DNA from: Ranitomeya imitator
Taxonomy: Eukaryota
Assembly: GCF_032444005.1 (NCBI RefSeq)
Contig: NC_091285.1
Location: forward strand, 22,134,001-22,198,000
Direction: 5' to 3'
Length of the DNA stretch: 64,000 nucleotides
The position numbers and the translations under genes are program-made. Positions 25,677-41,600 of this stretch are shown piece by piece. The notes below the pieces were generated by a model. The model worked only from the letters and a program-made list of their open reading frames with translations, did no database searches and was not told where the DNA came from. The first letter of the stretch is position 1. Each line of letters opens with the position of its first letter.

Positions 25677-27304
25677 CAGTACAGACCAAAAGTTTGGACA
25701 CACCTTCTCATTAAAAGATTTTTCTGTATTTTCATGACTATGAAAATTGTACATTCACACTGAAGGCATCAACACTATGAATTAACACATGTGGAATTAT
25801 ATACTTAACAAAAAAGTGTGAAACAACTGAAATTATGTCTTATATTCTAGGTTCTTCAAAGTAGCCACCTTTTGCTTTGATGACTGCTTTGCACACTCTT
25901 GGCATTCTCTTGATGAGCTTCAGGAGGTAGTCACAGGGAATGGTCTTCCAACAATCTTGAAGGAGTTCCCAGAGATGCTTAGCGCTTGTTGGCCCTTTTG
26001 CCTTCACTCTGCGGTCCAGCTCACCCCGAACCATCTGGATTGGGTTCAGGTCTGGTGACTGTGGAGGCCAGGTCATCTGGCGTAGCCCCCCATTACTCTC
26101 CTTCTTGGTCAAATAGCCCTTACACAGCCTGGAGGTGTGTTTGGGGTCATTGTCCTGTTGAAAAATAAATGATGGTCCAACTAAACGCAAACCGGATGGA
26201 ATAGCATGCCGCTGCGAGATGCTGTGGTAGCCATGCTGGTTCAGTATGCCTTCAAGTTTGAATAAATCCCCAACATTGTCACCAGCAAAGCCCCCCCACA
26301 CCATCACACCTCCTCCTCCATGCTTCACGGTGGGAACCAGGCATGTAGAGTCCATCCGTTCACCTTTTCTGCGTCCCACAAAGACACAGTGGTTGGAACC
26401 AAAGACCTCAAATTTGAACTCATCAGACCAAAGCACAGATTTCCACTGGTCTAATGTCCATTCCTTGTGTTCTTTAGCCCAAACAAGTCTCTTCTGCTTG
26501 TTGCCTGTCCTTAGCAGTGGTTTCCTAGCAGCTATTTTACCATGAAGGCCTGCTGCACAAAGTCTCCTCTTAACAGTTGTTGTAGAGATGTGTCTGCTGC
26601 TAGAACTCTGTGGCATTGACATGGTCTCTAATCTGAGCTGCTGTTAACCTGCGATTTCTGAGGCTGGTGACTCGGATAAACTTATCCTCAGAAGCAGGGG
26701 TGACTCTTGGTCTTCCTTTCCTGGGGCGGTCCTCATGTGAGCCAGTTTCTTTGTAGCGCTTGATGGTTGTTGCCAATGCACTTGGGGACACTTTCAAAGT
26801 TTTCCCAATTTTTCGGACTGACTGACCTTCATTTCTTAAAGTAATGATGGCCACTCGTTTTTCTTTACTTAGCTGCTTTTTTCTTGCCATAATACAAATT
26901 CTAACAGTCTATGCATTAGGACTATCAGCTGTGTATCCACCAGACTTCTGCTCACTACAACTGATGGTCCCAACACCATTTATAAGGCAAGAAATCCCAC
27001 TTATTAAACCTGACAGGGCACACCTGTTTAGTGAAAACCATTCCCGGCGACTACCTCTTGAAGCTCATCAAGAGAATGCCAAGAGTGTGCAAAGCAGTCA
27101 TCAAAGCAAAAGGTGGCTACTTTGAAGAACCTAGAATAGAAGACATAATGTCAGTTGTTTCACACTTTTTTGTTAAGTATATAATTCCACATGTGTTAAT
27201 TCATAGTTTTGATGCCTTCAGTGTAAATGTACAATTTTCATAGTCATGAAAATACAGAAAAATCTTTAAATGAGACGGTGTGTCCAAACTTTTGGTCTGT
27301 ACTG
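25677..27304 (-). mobile_element. Near-full-length Tc1/mariner transposon with long TIRs; transposase disrupted
   Basis: TIR CAGTACAGACCAAAAGTTTGGACACACC at both ends, 3' TA. The transposase (26890-25840) has one frameshift near 26610. Motifs WSDE, QQDNDPKH and SPDLNPIQ are present, with the third catalytic E read as Q. Confidence 0.95.
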
Positions 27305-29379
27305 TAGTTCCAAATCTCCTACAAAAGGCAGTTAAAGGCGTTGTCCGGCTACAAAAAATTACCCCTATAAGATTTTTCCACAAAATTAAAAGTTATCACC
27401 TAGCCAAAGGCAGCTTCACTTTTGCCTTGTGCTCATCACAGGTGAGCGTTTTCGTGTTCATTTCAGTTAAACCAAAAGAATGGTGACGAGATCAACTGAC
27501 ATTATTTGATTATTTAATCTATTTGCGTAGTTTTTCCTCCTCTGTTTTGCAAGTTAGCAAACTGGCTGACCTGAACAATGTGTAATCAACATATCAGCAA
27601 TTATCCTGCATCTCTAGTTATCCAGGATAACAACACAATATCTTACATCAAATGTCAACTTACAAGTCAATATTACAGGCGTACACAAAGAGAGGGGCTG
27701 GCTTAGCTATTAAAATGAACCAATCAGCTAGCTTTTTCTTACAAGTCACAGAGATGGGAGGAAGCTCTCTACTGTGTTGAAAAGAAGCTGCAAGTGCTGT
27801 TGCTCAAATTTTGAGATTGGTGTTGCTTTTTTAATTATAGTATGTTAGTAAGTGTCAAGAATTTTGCATTAATCACACAAAAAATACTTTTTTTTCCATC
27901 TAGAAATCCCTTTTAATGCAGAGGGACTATATTTCTTATGCTAGAACAGATTACTGTCTCAATAGATCAGACATGTCTCTTCTCTCCTTCTCACTGTCCT
28001 GCGTATGGCTGTTAGACAACTGGCTGCAGCAGCAGCCTCCACACCTCTTCTCTAAGTGTGGAGACACAGGGGGTCAGCGGGTGCCCTAGTCTGCTTGCCG
28101 AAACCGCATGGACCAGGGATCATCCCACCGAACGCCCGCTATCCTTTTACTGTGGGCGTAATACTACTCAGACAACACAGGGTCAGGGTAAAACAGTGTG
28201 GCAATACTTTATCGAACCACAGCACAAGTAAATAAAACAGTCCCAGCAAAATACCCAAGATGGTGCAAATTACAGAGTCTCACCCTTCCTCTGACTGGCC
28301 GGGATAAGAGCAGCTGTGACTTCACACCTTCCAGGGCTGACTAACCCACCTGCTTAGGCAGCTTGGTACATTAGGAAGCTGACAGTCCATTGAGGTACAA
28401 GGCCAGTTGTCCGAAGGGTCACAATCTGGCTTCTCCGAACATGTCCATGGAGCCAGGTGACCGGTGTGTCCTATTTCTGGCTTTCACAAACGTATCTATG
28501 GAGCTCAGATACCAAGGGGTTCCAAATCCTGACTACCCCAAATGTATCTATGGTTCAACGATGGTCAATGGAGAAGATCTGTATTCTGTCGGGGCTGTGG
28601 TCCCCTAAGCTGGTATCCTGTGTCCCTCATGATGGAGCCATGATGTCTTGAACGCTGTTCTGTAGAGAGTCTCTTCTTTGGATGTCTGGGATAAATATCT
28701 GTCTGTTGTTACAGAGGCATATAACCTCTTTTGATAGTTAACAACTGTCCTTCAAGCCAGCATTCACATGTTAAGGGGAAGAATGGTGACAAGATCAACT
28801 CACATTATTTGATTTGTAATCAATTTGATAAAGTTTTTCCTCCTTTGTTTTGCATGTCAAACTGGCTGGCCTGGACAATTTGTAATCAACATATCAGCAA
28901 ACATCACTGTTCAATTATTCTGCATCTCTAGTCATCCAGGATAACAGCACAATATGTTACATCAAATGTCAACTTACAAGTCAATATTACAGGCTTATAA
29001 GAACAAAAGTCTGTTTTATTGATCAACCAAAAAGAAACACATAAATTCAAAAATTAACATATAGATAACAGTCTATTTCTCCTGGCTTGCTGAAAATAGA
29101 CAACTGGTTAATTAAAATAAAATGCTGTGCCATCACAGTAGGACACAAGGATTAAGGCCTGCCTCTAGATATGTCTTTTAATGCAGGGGTATATATTAGT
29201 TTGGCTAGATCAGATTAAATCTATGGCCATTGTGCATCCTTCATTAGCTTCTCTTCTGCATGCTGTCTCTAATTTTCAGTTTTCGCCAAGCTGGTGGGTG
29301 GAAACTAGCTGCTATGACCGCACACACACAGACATGAACAATTCCTATAATTCAGTCTCGAAATAGAACATGTTCAAAA

Positions 29380-29980
29380 GCAGCAGCAGCATGGAGGGCA
29401 TTATACAGCAGCACTGAGCAGAATAGCTGTGAATCCAGCTCTGGGATGAAAGAAACAGTTTTAAAAATATCAGCAGAATGGAAGACACTATACAGTAGCA
29501 CTGACTAGTAGCTGTGAATCCAGCTCTGGGATGAGGTAAACCCTTTCTAAAAAAACAGCAGCATGGAGGACATTATACAGCAGCACTGAGCAGTGTAGCT
29601 GTGAATTCAGCTCTGGGATGAGATAAAACCTTTCAGAAAAGCAGCAGCATGGAGGACAACATATTGCAGCACTCTCTAAAGTAGCTTTGAATCTAGCTCT
29701 GGAATGTGATACACCCTTTCTAAAAAGCAGCAGCATGGAGGAATGGAGGACATTATACAGCAGCCCTGGGCAGTGTAGCTGTGAATCTGGCTCTGGGATG
29801 AGATACATCCTTTCTAAAAAGCTGCAGCAGTATGGATGACATTATACAGCAGTGTAGATGTGTATCCAGCTCTTGATCGAGATACACTCTTAAAAAAAAA
29901 AAAAAGCAGCAGCAGCAGCATGGAGAGCATTACACATCAGCACTGAGAAGTGTAACTGTGAATCCAGATCTGGGAAACGA
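29380..29980. repeat. Degenerate ~75-85-bp tandem repeat
   Basis: Recurrent GCAGCAGCATGGAGGACATTATACAGCAGCACTGAG...TGTGAATCCAGCTCTGGGATG. Confidence 0.8.
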
Positions 29981-30764
29981 TAAACCTTTTCCAAAAAAAC
30001 CTGTCTATCCCATTTCCCTCCTTCACCACCTTCACTTCTCCATAGAATTTCATTGGCAGCTTTAATCTGATACCACAGTGAGATGGCAGTCTCTCTTGTT
30101 TTGAGGACAGATTTTAGTTCAGAAATAAGAAGTGGCTCATAAGTGGAGAAAGAAGATAGATTACAAAGTTTCTTAAGTTTGATTGTACTACCATTTAAGG
30201 GAAGGACTGAGAAATGATAAAATCCTGAGTACTGTCCTCCTCTGGCATGAGCAAGTTCCAAGAAGAAGGGATGTAATAAATAATCACAGACCTTCCGAAC
30301 CCTCGGTGCTAGCAAGGCTGCGGAGAGCGGAGTGACTTGTCTGGGGATATAGTTTCATGGTCATTCTGTCTGGCCGTAGAACTAAGACAACAATGAATTT
30401 CACATCTACGTAGGATCCAGAAATTCGACACGGGTTAAGTCAAGAAACCAGAAGAAGTTTCTTAATTCTTAAGTGTTTTATTAATGATCTGCGGTTACAT
30501 AATAAAATGACTTGTGCAATAAGACAAGATGTTGTTGAAGTTGGCAAGAGAGTAAAAAAACATGCAAGCTGAGAATTTGGAGACAGGACCGCTATGGCTG
30601 CCAGATTATAATGACCCCTAGCACGACACATCGCGGCAGGAAATGAGAGGACAACAAAGTCCCCAAGATGCCAGGTTGGAATCAGCACTAACACATTGTA
30701 GCATGTTGGGTCGAAACAGCAAAAGATTACAGAGGATCTCTCACTTGACCTAAATGTGTCACTT

Positions 30765-31067
30765 TCTACCTGGTGTAAATGCCGCTGTTCTCCTGAATCC
30801 GGCAATGTTTTTCTTTTCTTCCTGCGCCTCTCCGTTCCTGAGATATGGTCCTCTCTTTTCTGTATAGAAATCTTGTCTTGCTTACAAATGGGCGTGGTTC
30901 TAAAGAGCACGCCCACAAAGAACAGTTAATGGGGCAACACCCACTTGGCTAAAAAAGACCAGATTTATTTATGTAACAGAAGGGGCCATATCTCAGGAAC
31001 GGAGAGGCGCAGGAAGAAAAGAAAGACATCGCCGGATTCAGGAGAACGGCGGCATTTACGCCAGGTT
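30765..31067. mobile_element. Foldback MITE remnant with ~85-bp inverted arms
   Basis: ACCTGGTGTAAATGCCG...GAGATATGG is mirrored by CCATATCTC...CGGCATTTACGCCAGGT. Confidence 0.7.
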
Positions 31068-31691
31068 AAACAATTACAGTTATGACAAGTGACTGGTCCT
31101 CCTTAAAGGTAACTTTCTATTGATTTTCTAACCCGTAATCCCCCATCCCGTGCTTCTGCTTCTCTTCGTCCGCTCTCTTCCTGCACATTGTAAAGCAGAT
31201 TGATAGTGAGGATCTGGCGCTTCTTGTACGTCGGTGGTGACATCCGGAAAGCTTGTAACCTCTACACTTTGCCAAGAATGAGAACACTTTTCTGGGCCGG
31301 AGACGGACCGACGTCATGGCCCCAGTTATGGTATCTCCATTTATAGGAGTAAAAATCAGCAATTTCCAAAATTTTTGAAAAAAAAAAAAAAAAAGCCAAT
31401 TTTCCGACAGAGAACTTTATAGGTTTAGTTGCTTCGTTTCTATGATTTTATCTTTCCTGGAATATCGTTAACTTTTGTCCTTATGTCGTTGTCTTGGTAT
31501 TTTATGAGTTGTGGGTTTTACTAGGGGGATATATGAAAATGAATGGCAGATGTCAGTGCAGCTCAGATAATACGTTCATAAAAAAAAAATACCCCACCGT
31601 TTTGTGTACACAGCTCCAACACAGACCAATGTGTCCCCATAAAATAAAAAATCTCCTACCGTTTTGGGTATACAGCTCCAATACAGACCTA

Positions 31692-33284
<1,593 letters not shown>

Positions 33285-35554
33285 TATGTGTCGGTGTGTA
33301 ATGAAAAATTCCCTTACCATTTTGTGCTTACAGCTCAAATGTAGACCTATGTGTTTCTGTATAATGAAAAGTCCCCTGCCGTTTTCTATACACAGCTCCC
33401 ATGCAGACCAATGTGTTATCAGTTAACCCCAAAAGAGAAGGACCCTGTACATGAGTTATATGTGACTCTGGTCTATATACATTGTCTGTTGGAGTCTGTG
33501 TGAGTCAAAACTGAACTGCTGGCTAATTTTTTTCATGTTGTCAGGGTCTCAGGCTGCTGACAGTTTCCTTACGCCATGCTTTACACTGCATTTTTCAACA
33601 TAGAATAGGTGATTGCTGGCTAGTCAGCACCTATCCGGATATTTTTGGTGGTGTATTTAGTAAAAAAAAAGGAAACCTGTCTGATTGAACAGGCAGACCT
33701 ATTTTAAATGTATTCTTATTATGAGTCCAGTGGGCGGTCCTAATCAGAGAGAAGGACCGCCCACTGGACTCCAACAGAGCAGAGAATAAAAATGTGAAAT
33801 ACTGAATCTTTTCCCTTAAACCTGCGCATCATTCTTCTCACGCCGCCCACAGATCGGACTACACGTTCAAAGTGACAGGTTCCCGATAACAGGGAAAAAT
33901 GAATATAATGTATCAGTGCAGGACCAGAAGGGGCGGGGCATGGAACACCAATGAGAGAAGCCCTGTGAAGAGCTCCGCCCCCAAGTGTCCCGCATTGAAT
34001 AATAGGACCAAACGGTTTTATTCGGAGTGTTCACTTAATAAACCTTAGTAGAAAGAGTTAAAAGAAATCTGTTTGTCTTAACAGGATAAAAGATATTTAC
34101 TTACGAGCCGAGTGACCTAGATTCCGACAGTAAAAATGTTTGTGATCTCGGTCTGCATGTAAAAGGATCAAAGCTTCCTTAGTAGAACTCCGACGTCGGC
34201 TGATGAGACCCCGCTGATATCTGGCCGCAGACCCGGAGATGACTTATAAAAAGTCAGTGGGATCCTGATCAGAAACCGCAACCCCAAGACACAAAAACAA
34301 CCCGAGTCGTCTCCAAACCATAAAGTGTGGGGTTACAAAACACAGATTTTTATATTATTTATCATACAGTATATATTTTTACATATTTTATACTTTTATT
34401 AATGTATTACAGACTGGACAAAAAAAAAAAGGTTCCGATTTCCCTACAGCACTCCCGCAGGCGGCTTGAAGTATTACATGGCTATAGAAATCAGTGGCTA
34501 TTACACTGACATGGAGGCATCTTCAGGGCATTAGATTCACAGTGATTGAGAGTCCTAAGAAAGAACCCATTGTCAAGGGAGGAGGATGTGCTCCTGATTG
34601 GTTGACGCAGACGTGCCGAAACGCGTGCACTCCAATGGAGGAGGACAGGGGGACTGAAGCTGGCAGGGATTGGGCACTAACAGTGCGCTTCAGCTTAAAC
34701 TGTGCTTTGTGCCTAGGTGACTAGTCACTGCTGATAGACGGCAGAGGTGGTCGGTAACTAAAGCAACAAGCAGTAAACTATAGAATTAATATATATATAT
34801 CCGGAGATTTGTAACGCTGCATGTTTTGCAATTTTACCCATTTAAGCTAATGAGACGACACCTTTAAGATTCTCAAAGAGAAGCCAGTAGCTCACTAGAC
34901 CCCTCCACTGCAAATCAAGGTATTGTTATTTAGAATAAAATCCCCCCCCCCAAAAAAAAACTAAGGACAGTTTTTCATAATCCTAATTAAAATCTCCTAT
35001 TGATCTGTGTCCACAGCTCCTATGCAGGGTAATACGTCTCCGTGGTAACAGACTACAGAACAAACCCTGCGTAGTCTGATCCTGCAGCCATATTATTTTT
35101 TTACTAATGTATGTTAGAAAACATTTTAAGAGGATGGGGGGGGGGGGTAATTTCCAAATTGCTGGGGGTCTGACTGCGCGGATCCAAGAATGGAGCCCAC
35201 CTCCCGCTCTAGTCAATAAGAAAGTAGAGCGCAGAAGCGCAAATGATCGACCACAAAAAGCCCTCCTTCCCCCCATTTTCTGGGGATCGGTAAGGACCCC
35301 GGCGGCGAGACCTCTATCCTACAGGTACGGGATGGTTTCCAAACTTGTAACTTTCCCTTTAAGGAAGAAAGACAGTGAGCGTGGCTGCTAGTTGTTGTGG
35401 CATGGGAATGCACAGGAGCTGCATACACGAAACGACAGGGGATTTTTTTCATTACGATTACTTACAAAGTTGCTCAGATGCATTGGAACAATGAGAAAGA
35501 AAGGGTTAAAAGAATGTAAAGAGAGATCTGTTACGCTGCTTTCAATCTCCATTT

Positions 35555-35636
35555 TCATCGGCTGGTGGTGTTGAACTGATCAAAATATTCATCTGTCGGA
35601 GTGTTGGAAAAAACATCTTGGTCTATGTAGTTCTTC
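35555..35636 (-). CDS. RIBC2: RIBC2 exon 7 (terminal coding exon)
   Basis: tttccag|G+[29 protein letters not shown]. Confidence 0.9.
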
Positions 35637-38600
35637 CTGGAAATGAGAGCGATGAGGGTCATAAGAGATCAAGATCAAAATCTAATTATTAAAGGGGTTG
35701 TCCTAGAGAAGGAGGGGTGCTAACGAAGAGCGACCCATCCATCCGATTATGTAATACCACCTTTGCCCTGTAGTGGCCGCTGCAGGAAAATCCAGAGCTT
35801 TTCTGCTGATTGCAGCTGATCACTTGGAGATTTTCAAGCTGGACCCGCAGTGATTTATGTGTCCCCCCCCCCCAAGACTAATAATCGAACCCTATGTAGT
35901 AATTCCCAGTAAAGGAAACTTCTTTCCATTTTTTACCCCCCAACGTTTTGTTAACAGCCTTCTGGTAGAGTTTGTTTGAAATGTGTCACCATGGAAACAC
36001 ATAGGTCTGTATAAGGGCTGTATACAGAAAATGTATTAGACATTTTTTTTTTAATCCAGCCTTTACGTCAAATTGCTTCAACCTAGGCCAAATAGGACTA
36101 TGTTTGGTTATAACAGCCGGCCTGGTTTAACCCCCCCCTTTAAAATTTAAAGGGGATGTTATTAAAAAACAAAACATTTGTGCCATGTCCCTCTATAGGC
36201 TGTATCTGGTACTGCAGCTCATCTCCATTCACCTGTGACACTATTTTGGGAAAAATATGCACCTTCATTGTGTTGTGGCGCTACTCACTGGGCTTTATGT
36301 GCCTGGACCAGCTGCAGGTTGATGTGATCCTGTTCCTTGCGGAGTTCTCGCTCTTGCCGTTTTTGCTGCCGTTCCAGGAGAACCATGGCCCGGGCCTCCT
36401 GCACCCTCCTCCTGTCCCACTCCGCTTCTCTCTGCCGCTCTTCCTCCTTTAGTCTCTGTGGAGGGATTCCATTATTAGGACCCCCCCCTGATTGCCCCCA
36501 GCGTAGCCCCCCGCACACCTCCGTACCATCTTCTCCTGGATCTGCAGCTGCTGGACACCGGTCACGTCCTTCAGCTGCTCGGGGCTCATTCCCTTCCAGC
36601 GATCGGTAGCCACGCGGTGAGGGCCAAAGGCGCTGGTAGCCTGCGCGGGGTCCTCCGAGAGAAGGTCCCCACCAGTACTGTTGGAGATCTCCGCCGAGTT
36701 CTCTTCTTCTTCTAGTTGTTTCTGTAGCTTTTTTCTTTCTAAAGACTCTTCAGCCTGAATAACGTGAAAGAATCCATAAATAATGATGTATGTACTGCAC
36801 GAACGTACATTGTAACATGGTATATATATATATAAGACACAAAAAGAATTTTAGACATCTCTTATATGTGAAGGCGCCTTCTCCCAACAGCAATTTTAAG
36901 ATCTCTCCACAGGTGATCAATGGGATTTAGATCCAGACGCATTGTTGCCACTTGAAAACTCTCCAGAACTTTGTTTCTAGGGTCTTATTAAAGTATGTTT
37001 GGGGGTCATTCACCTGATAGAACACCCATGACCTAGGACGCAAATTCAGCTTTCTAACACTGCGCACTACATTGAGACCTACAATCCTTTGCTAATCTTC
37101 AGATTTCATCATACCTTGCACACAGTCAAGCCACCCCGTGCCAGAGGCAGCAAAATGAACCCAGAACATCTATGAACCTCCACCATATTTGACTGTAGGT
37201 ACTGTGTTCTTTACTGAAAACGGAATGAGGCCTACAAAGTAAACAGTAGAATGACGCACTTTACCAAAAAGATCTTTCTTGGTCTCATATGTCCACAAGA
37301 TGGACTTTGGCTTACTCACGTGCATTTTGGCAAACTGCGGTGTAGCTTTTTTATGTCTCTGTATCAGCAGCGGGGCGCTGCTGGGTCTTTTGCCATAGCG
37401 TTTCATTTCTTTCAAATGTGGACGGATAGTTCACGCTGACACTGATGCACCCTGAGACTGCAGGACAGATTGAATTTCTTTAGACCTTGAATGGGGCTGC
37501 TTATTCACCATCCGGACTATCCTGCGTTGCAACCTTTCATCAATTTTTCTCTGCCGTCCATATCCAGGGAGATTAGCTATAGTGCCATGGGTTGTAAACT
37601 TCTTGATTATATTGGGCACCGTGGATAACGGAACATCAAGATCTCTGGAGATGGACTTGTAACCTGAGACTGTTGATACTGTTCAAAAGTTTTGGTTCTC
37701 AAGTCCTCAGACAGTTCTCTTCTCCTCTTTCTGTTCTCCATGCTTAGTGTGGCACACACAGACACACAATGCAAAGATTGAGTCAACTTCTCTCCTTTTT
37801 ATCTAGTTTCAGGTGTGATTTTCATATTGCCCTCACTTGTTACTTGCTATAGGCGAGTTTGAACAAGCATCACATGCTTGAAACAAAGTTGTTTACTCAC
37901 AAGTTTGGAAAGGTGCTGAGTCATTTTCGGGGTTTAGTGTAAAATTATGTCCAATTTATCTTTTTTTTTTGCGCTGTTCCAATACACACAAAGAAAATAG
38001 ACATGTGTATAACAAAACCTGTGAACTGCTCCCTATCTGCCGGCATCCATGGTGCCTTTTCTGATTACTAGCTTTGTTGTTGTCGCACCAGATCTACCAC
38101 TCAAAATAGTTGGGAGATACCGGCAAGTAGGACGAGGCCTTCAGGGCTTATGTTCATTGGCCACGGACAACTGACCCGGCAGCTGGACAAGGGTGCTGCC
38201 ATCTAATCTATCAATCTAAGGACTAGAAACATCAAACTGCTCTGTAGCTGTATACACAAAATGGTAAGAGATTTTTAATGTGACGCCCGTCACCAGGATG
38301 CCGGGGATGGAGGGAACAGGTAATGACTGATCGTCTGTAGTCTGATCATAGCTCTGCAGAGAGGCTGTGTACACAATACGGGGTGATGCATGGAATTCTG
38401 CCACTTGTGAAGTATTTTTGTACTTTAGATGAGTTAAGATATGATTCTTTCTCCGTAATCGCCGACTTCAAAGTCATCAGATGATTCGCTTGTGTCTACG
38501 AGACGTCGATTTCTTGACTCAACGATGGAGTAAACTCTCCGCAGCGGCCCTAAGTGGAAGATCTCCGATCGTTAGCGGGGAGGATGAAGGGCCGGTAATT

Positions 38601-41600
38601 AGCCGGGAATGTTTCCGTGGAAGTCTCGGATCTTCGGTTAGAGCTCTGCGAGTCGGTAATGAGCATGCGGAAACACTTAAGCTTTACGATGAGCTGGAGG
38701 CGCTGGATATAGAGGGAGGGTGCACTGCATGCCGGGAAACGTTAACCACTGTGGACCCAGGAGAAGACGCTTTGTGGGGGGCATGAATGTGTACCACCCC
38801 ATGCATCCCTATACCAACGATAGCCCCCCAGTGTCAATCACTAGCCCCGGTATGCCCACATAGACCAATATTGGCCGCAGAGCCCCCCGCCGGCGCCTTA
38901 CCTGAGCTCTGTTGAACTCTTTGGTGAAGATGCACATCTCTCGCTTCACTTGTTCTTCCATCTTCTGCAACTCCGTCGCCTTCTTGTCAAGTTCCAGTCT
39001 CGTTTTGTCGTAGAGGCTTTCTATGGGGGGAGGTGAAAATTAGGGATGCGGAATAATCCTATAAGGGGTACAGTGCAGAGGGGGGGCACCCAAACACATC
39101 CCACCCATGAGAACTGTGAATAGGCAATGTTCCCCCCCAACCCCCAGCCTGTCTTCTTCTCACCTGCAAACCTCTGGTCCTCCAAGGCTTTGGCCCACAC
39201 GTGCTGCTGCTGGAGGGACCATTCTCGGAGCTGCTTTTGCTGTTCTTTTTTCCGGATCTTCTCCGTCAGATCCTCTCCCATCAGCCGCTGGACCCCGGAT
39301 ACACCGCAGCGGGGGTCGTCATCAGACACTCGCGGGGGCAGATCTTTCTTTAAGGCCAGTGGGTCGTACAGGTCGTATTCTCGTCGGTCTTCCTTCTTCT
39401 GGTACTGGAGTCTGAACTCGTTGATGGCCGCGTTCAGGTTCCGGATGTCGTCCTTTTGCCGCTGGTCCAGTAAGCGGAGAGTTTGGTCGTTTTGCACCAT
39501 CTGTGCATCTGGAAATTAAAGGGAAAGGACGTGAATGTCGAAAGCTCCCATCGCGCACCACCGTGGGCCAACGGGTCTCGTCACTCCACCCCATAATCGA
39601 AGTCCATCCCCCCCATACTTATGGCAGTTTCCCCGACTTCCCTTGTGATAGATACGGACTCTTTTATTTTAAACCGTTTTCATTAAACCCCTCATATTGT
39701 ACTTGTTGCAACATACTTTATTAACCCCTTCACCTCAGGCCATTTTCCGTTTTTAACTCCTCCTTTTCCCAGAGCCACAACTTTTTTTTAATATTTCCAT
39801 TAATATGGCCATATGCGGGATTGTTTTATGCGGGACGAGTGGTACTTTTGAATGACACCATTGATTTTACCATATAATGTACTAAACAACTATAAGTGCG
39901 GTGAATTTGCAAAAAGAGTCCAATTCCACAACTGTTTTTTGGGTATTTTATTTACCATGTTCACTAAATGATAAATCTGACCTGTCATTATGATTCTCCA
40001 GGTCATTGCGAGTTCATAGACACCAAACATGTCTAGGTTATTTTTTTATTTAAGTGGTGAGAACAAAATTCCGAAATTTGTTTGAAAATTTTTTTTGTTC
40101 TTGTCGCCATTTTCCGAGTCCGGTAGCGTCTCCATCTTTCGTGATCTGGGGTTGGGTGAGGGCTTATTTTTTTGCGCACCGTGCTGACGTTTTTATTGAT
40201 ACCATTTTGGGGTAGATACGATGTTTTATTGTAATGTTGCAACTGCCAAAAAAAAGGTAATTCTGGAGTTTTTATTTTTTTTTTCGTTACACCCTTTACC
40301 GATCGGATTACTTTATTTTATATTTCGACAGACTGGACTTTTCTGAATGCGGCGATAACAAATATGTGTATTTTTTTTATTGTTTTATTTTCAACAGGCA
40401 AAAGGACAACGATTTGAACTTTTAATTTTTTTTTTTAATTTTTCCCACGTTTTACTTTATTTAATAGTCCCCTTAGGGGACTTGAAGCAGCGATCGTCCG
40501 CTGATGGCATCCGCAGCTCTTCTTCTGATTAGCCGTCCTGGCCATGACGTCCCACCGCAGCGATGATGATGCACCAGGCCGGCTAATCAGAAGAAGAACC
40601 ACAGATGCCATCAGGTAGGAGGTGGAACCTCAGGGATCTGGTCCACCTGATGCACCAGGTCCGGCGAAACGTCAACGTGTAGATCAGGTGGTGAAACTCT
40701 TCACGTACCGAACGCCTCCTGCCGCTTATTTTCAATCTCTTTCTGGATCTTTTTGTCGTGCACTTGAGAGTCCAAGGCCTCCGAATCCACCTGGGAAAAT
40801 AAAAGCAGCGATATTTCATGAATATAACACCTTACGTCAGGATTTCTCCCACGGTAACACGGACACGGGCGACTTCTAGCCCAAAAAGTTAAAAAACATG
40901 TGACATCCTGTGGATCCGCATCATACAGATTTCTGGCGCCCTCTACTGATTATGACAAAATAAAGCGGCCTGCAACTTTCAAGCTTTTAGGAAACTACAA
41001 CTCTCAGCATACCCTAATAGCTGGATGGGAGTTGTAGATTCGCCAACAACTAGAGAGCCGCGGATTACTGAGCGAATGCCGCCGTCTGCATATTGTGGTC
41101 GCAGCGTCGCACACACAGAGGTATTATTAGACCTTTCGGGGGATCCCAGGGTCTCGGGTGGCAACTATGTGGTCTATGACAATATGACAATACAGCAGCA
41201 GCCGCCAACGTGTTTACCCAGAACCCCGGAAAGTGTGGGAGACTTCCAGAAAGGGCGCAGGTCTCACAGACTCCCCGAAAATCTCAAGAGCGGTGCCAGG
41301 AAGGGATCTGGGAATGAAGAGAGAGGTACACGGATGGGGAGAGGGTAGTAATAGCCGTATGCCAGGGCTGAAGTCTGTAAGTAGGGGTGGGGGAATGGCC
41401 TGGGGTCTGTATGAAGGAGGGGGCTGGTATGGGGTCTGCATGAACGAAGGAGTCTGGTATGGAGTTTATATGAAGGAGGGGGCTGGTATGGGGTCTGTAT
41501 GAAGGCGGAGGCTGGTATGAGGTCTGTATGAAGGCAGAGGCTGGTATGAGGTCTGTATGAAGGAGGGGGCTAGTATGGGGTCTGTATGAAGGAGGGAGGC

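Noticed and set aside
34590-34630. GCCGAAACGCGT, a hammerhead-like 3' half (similar at ~280, ~450 minus and ~4400)
   Set aside because: No intact CUGANGA core or stem II, and at 34627 the would-be cleavage base is G.
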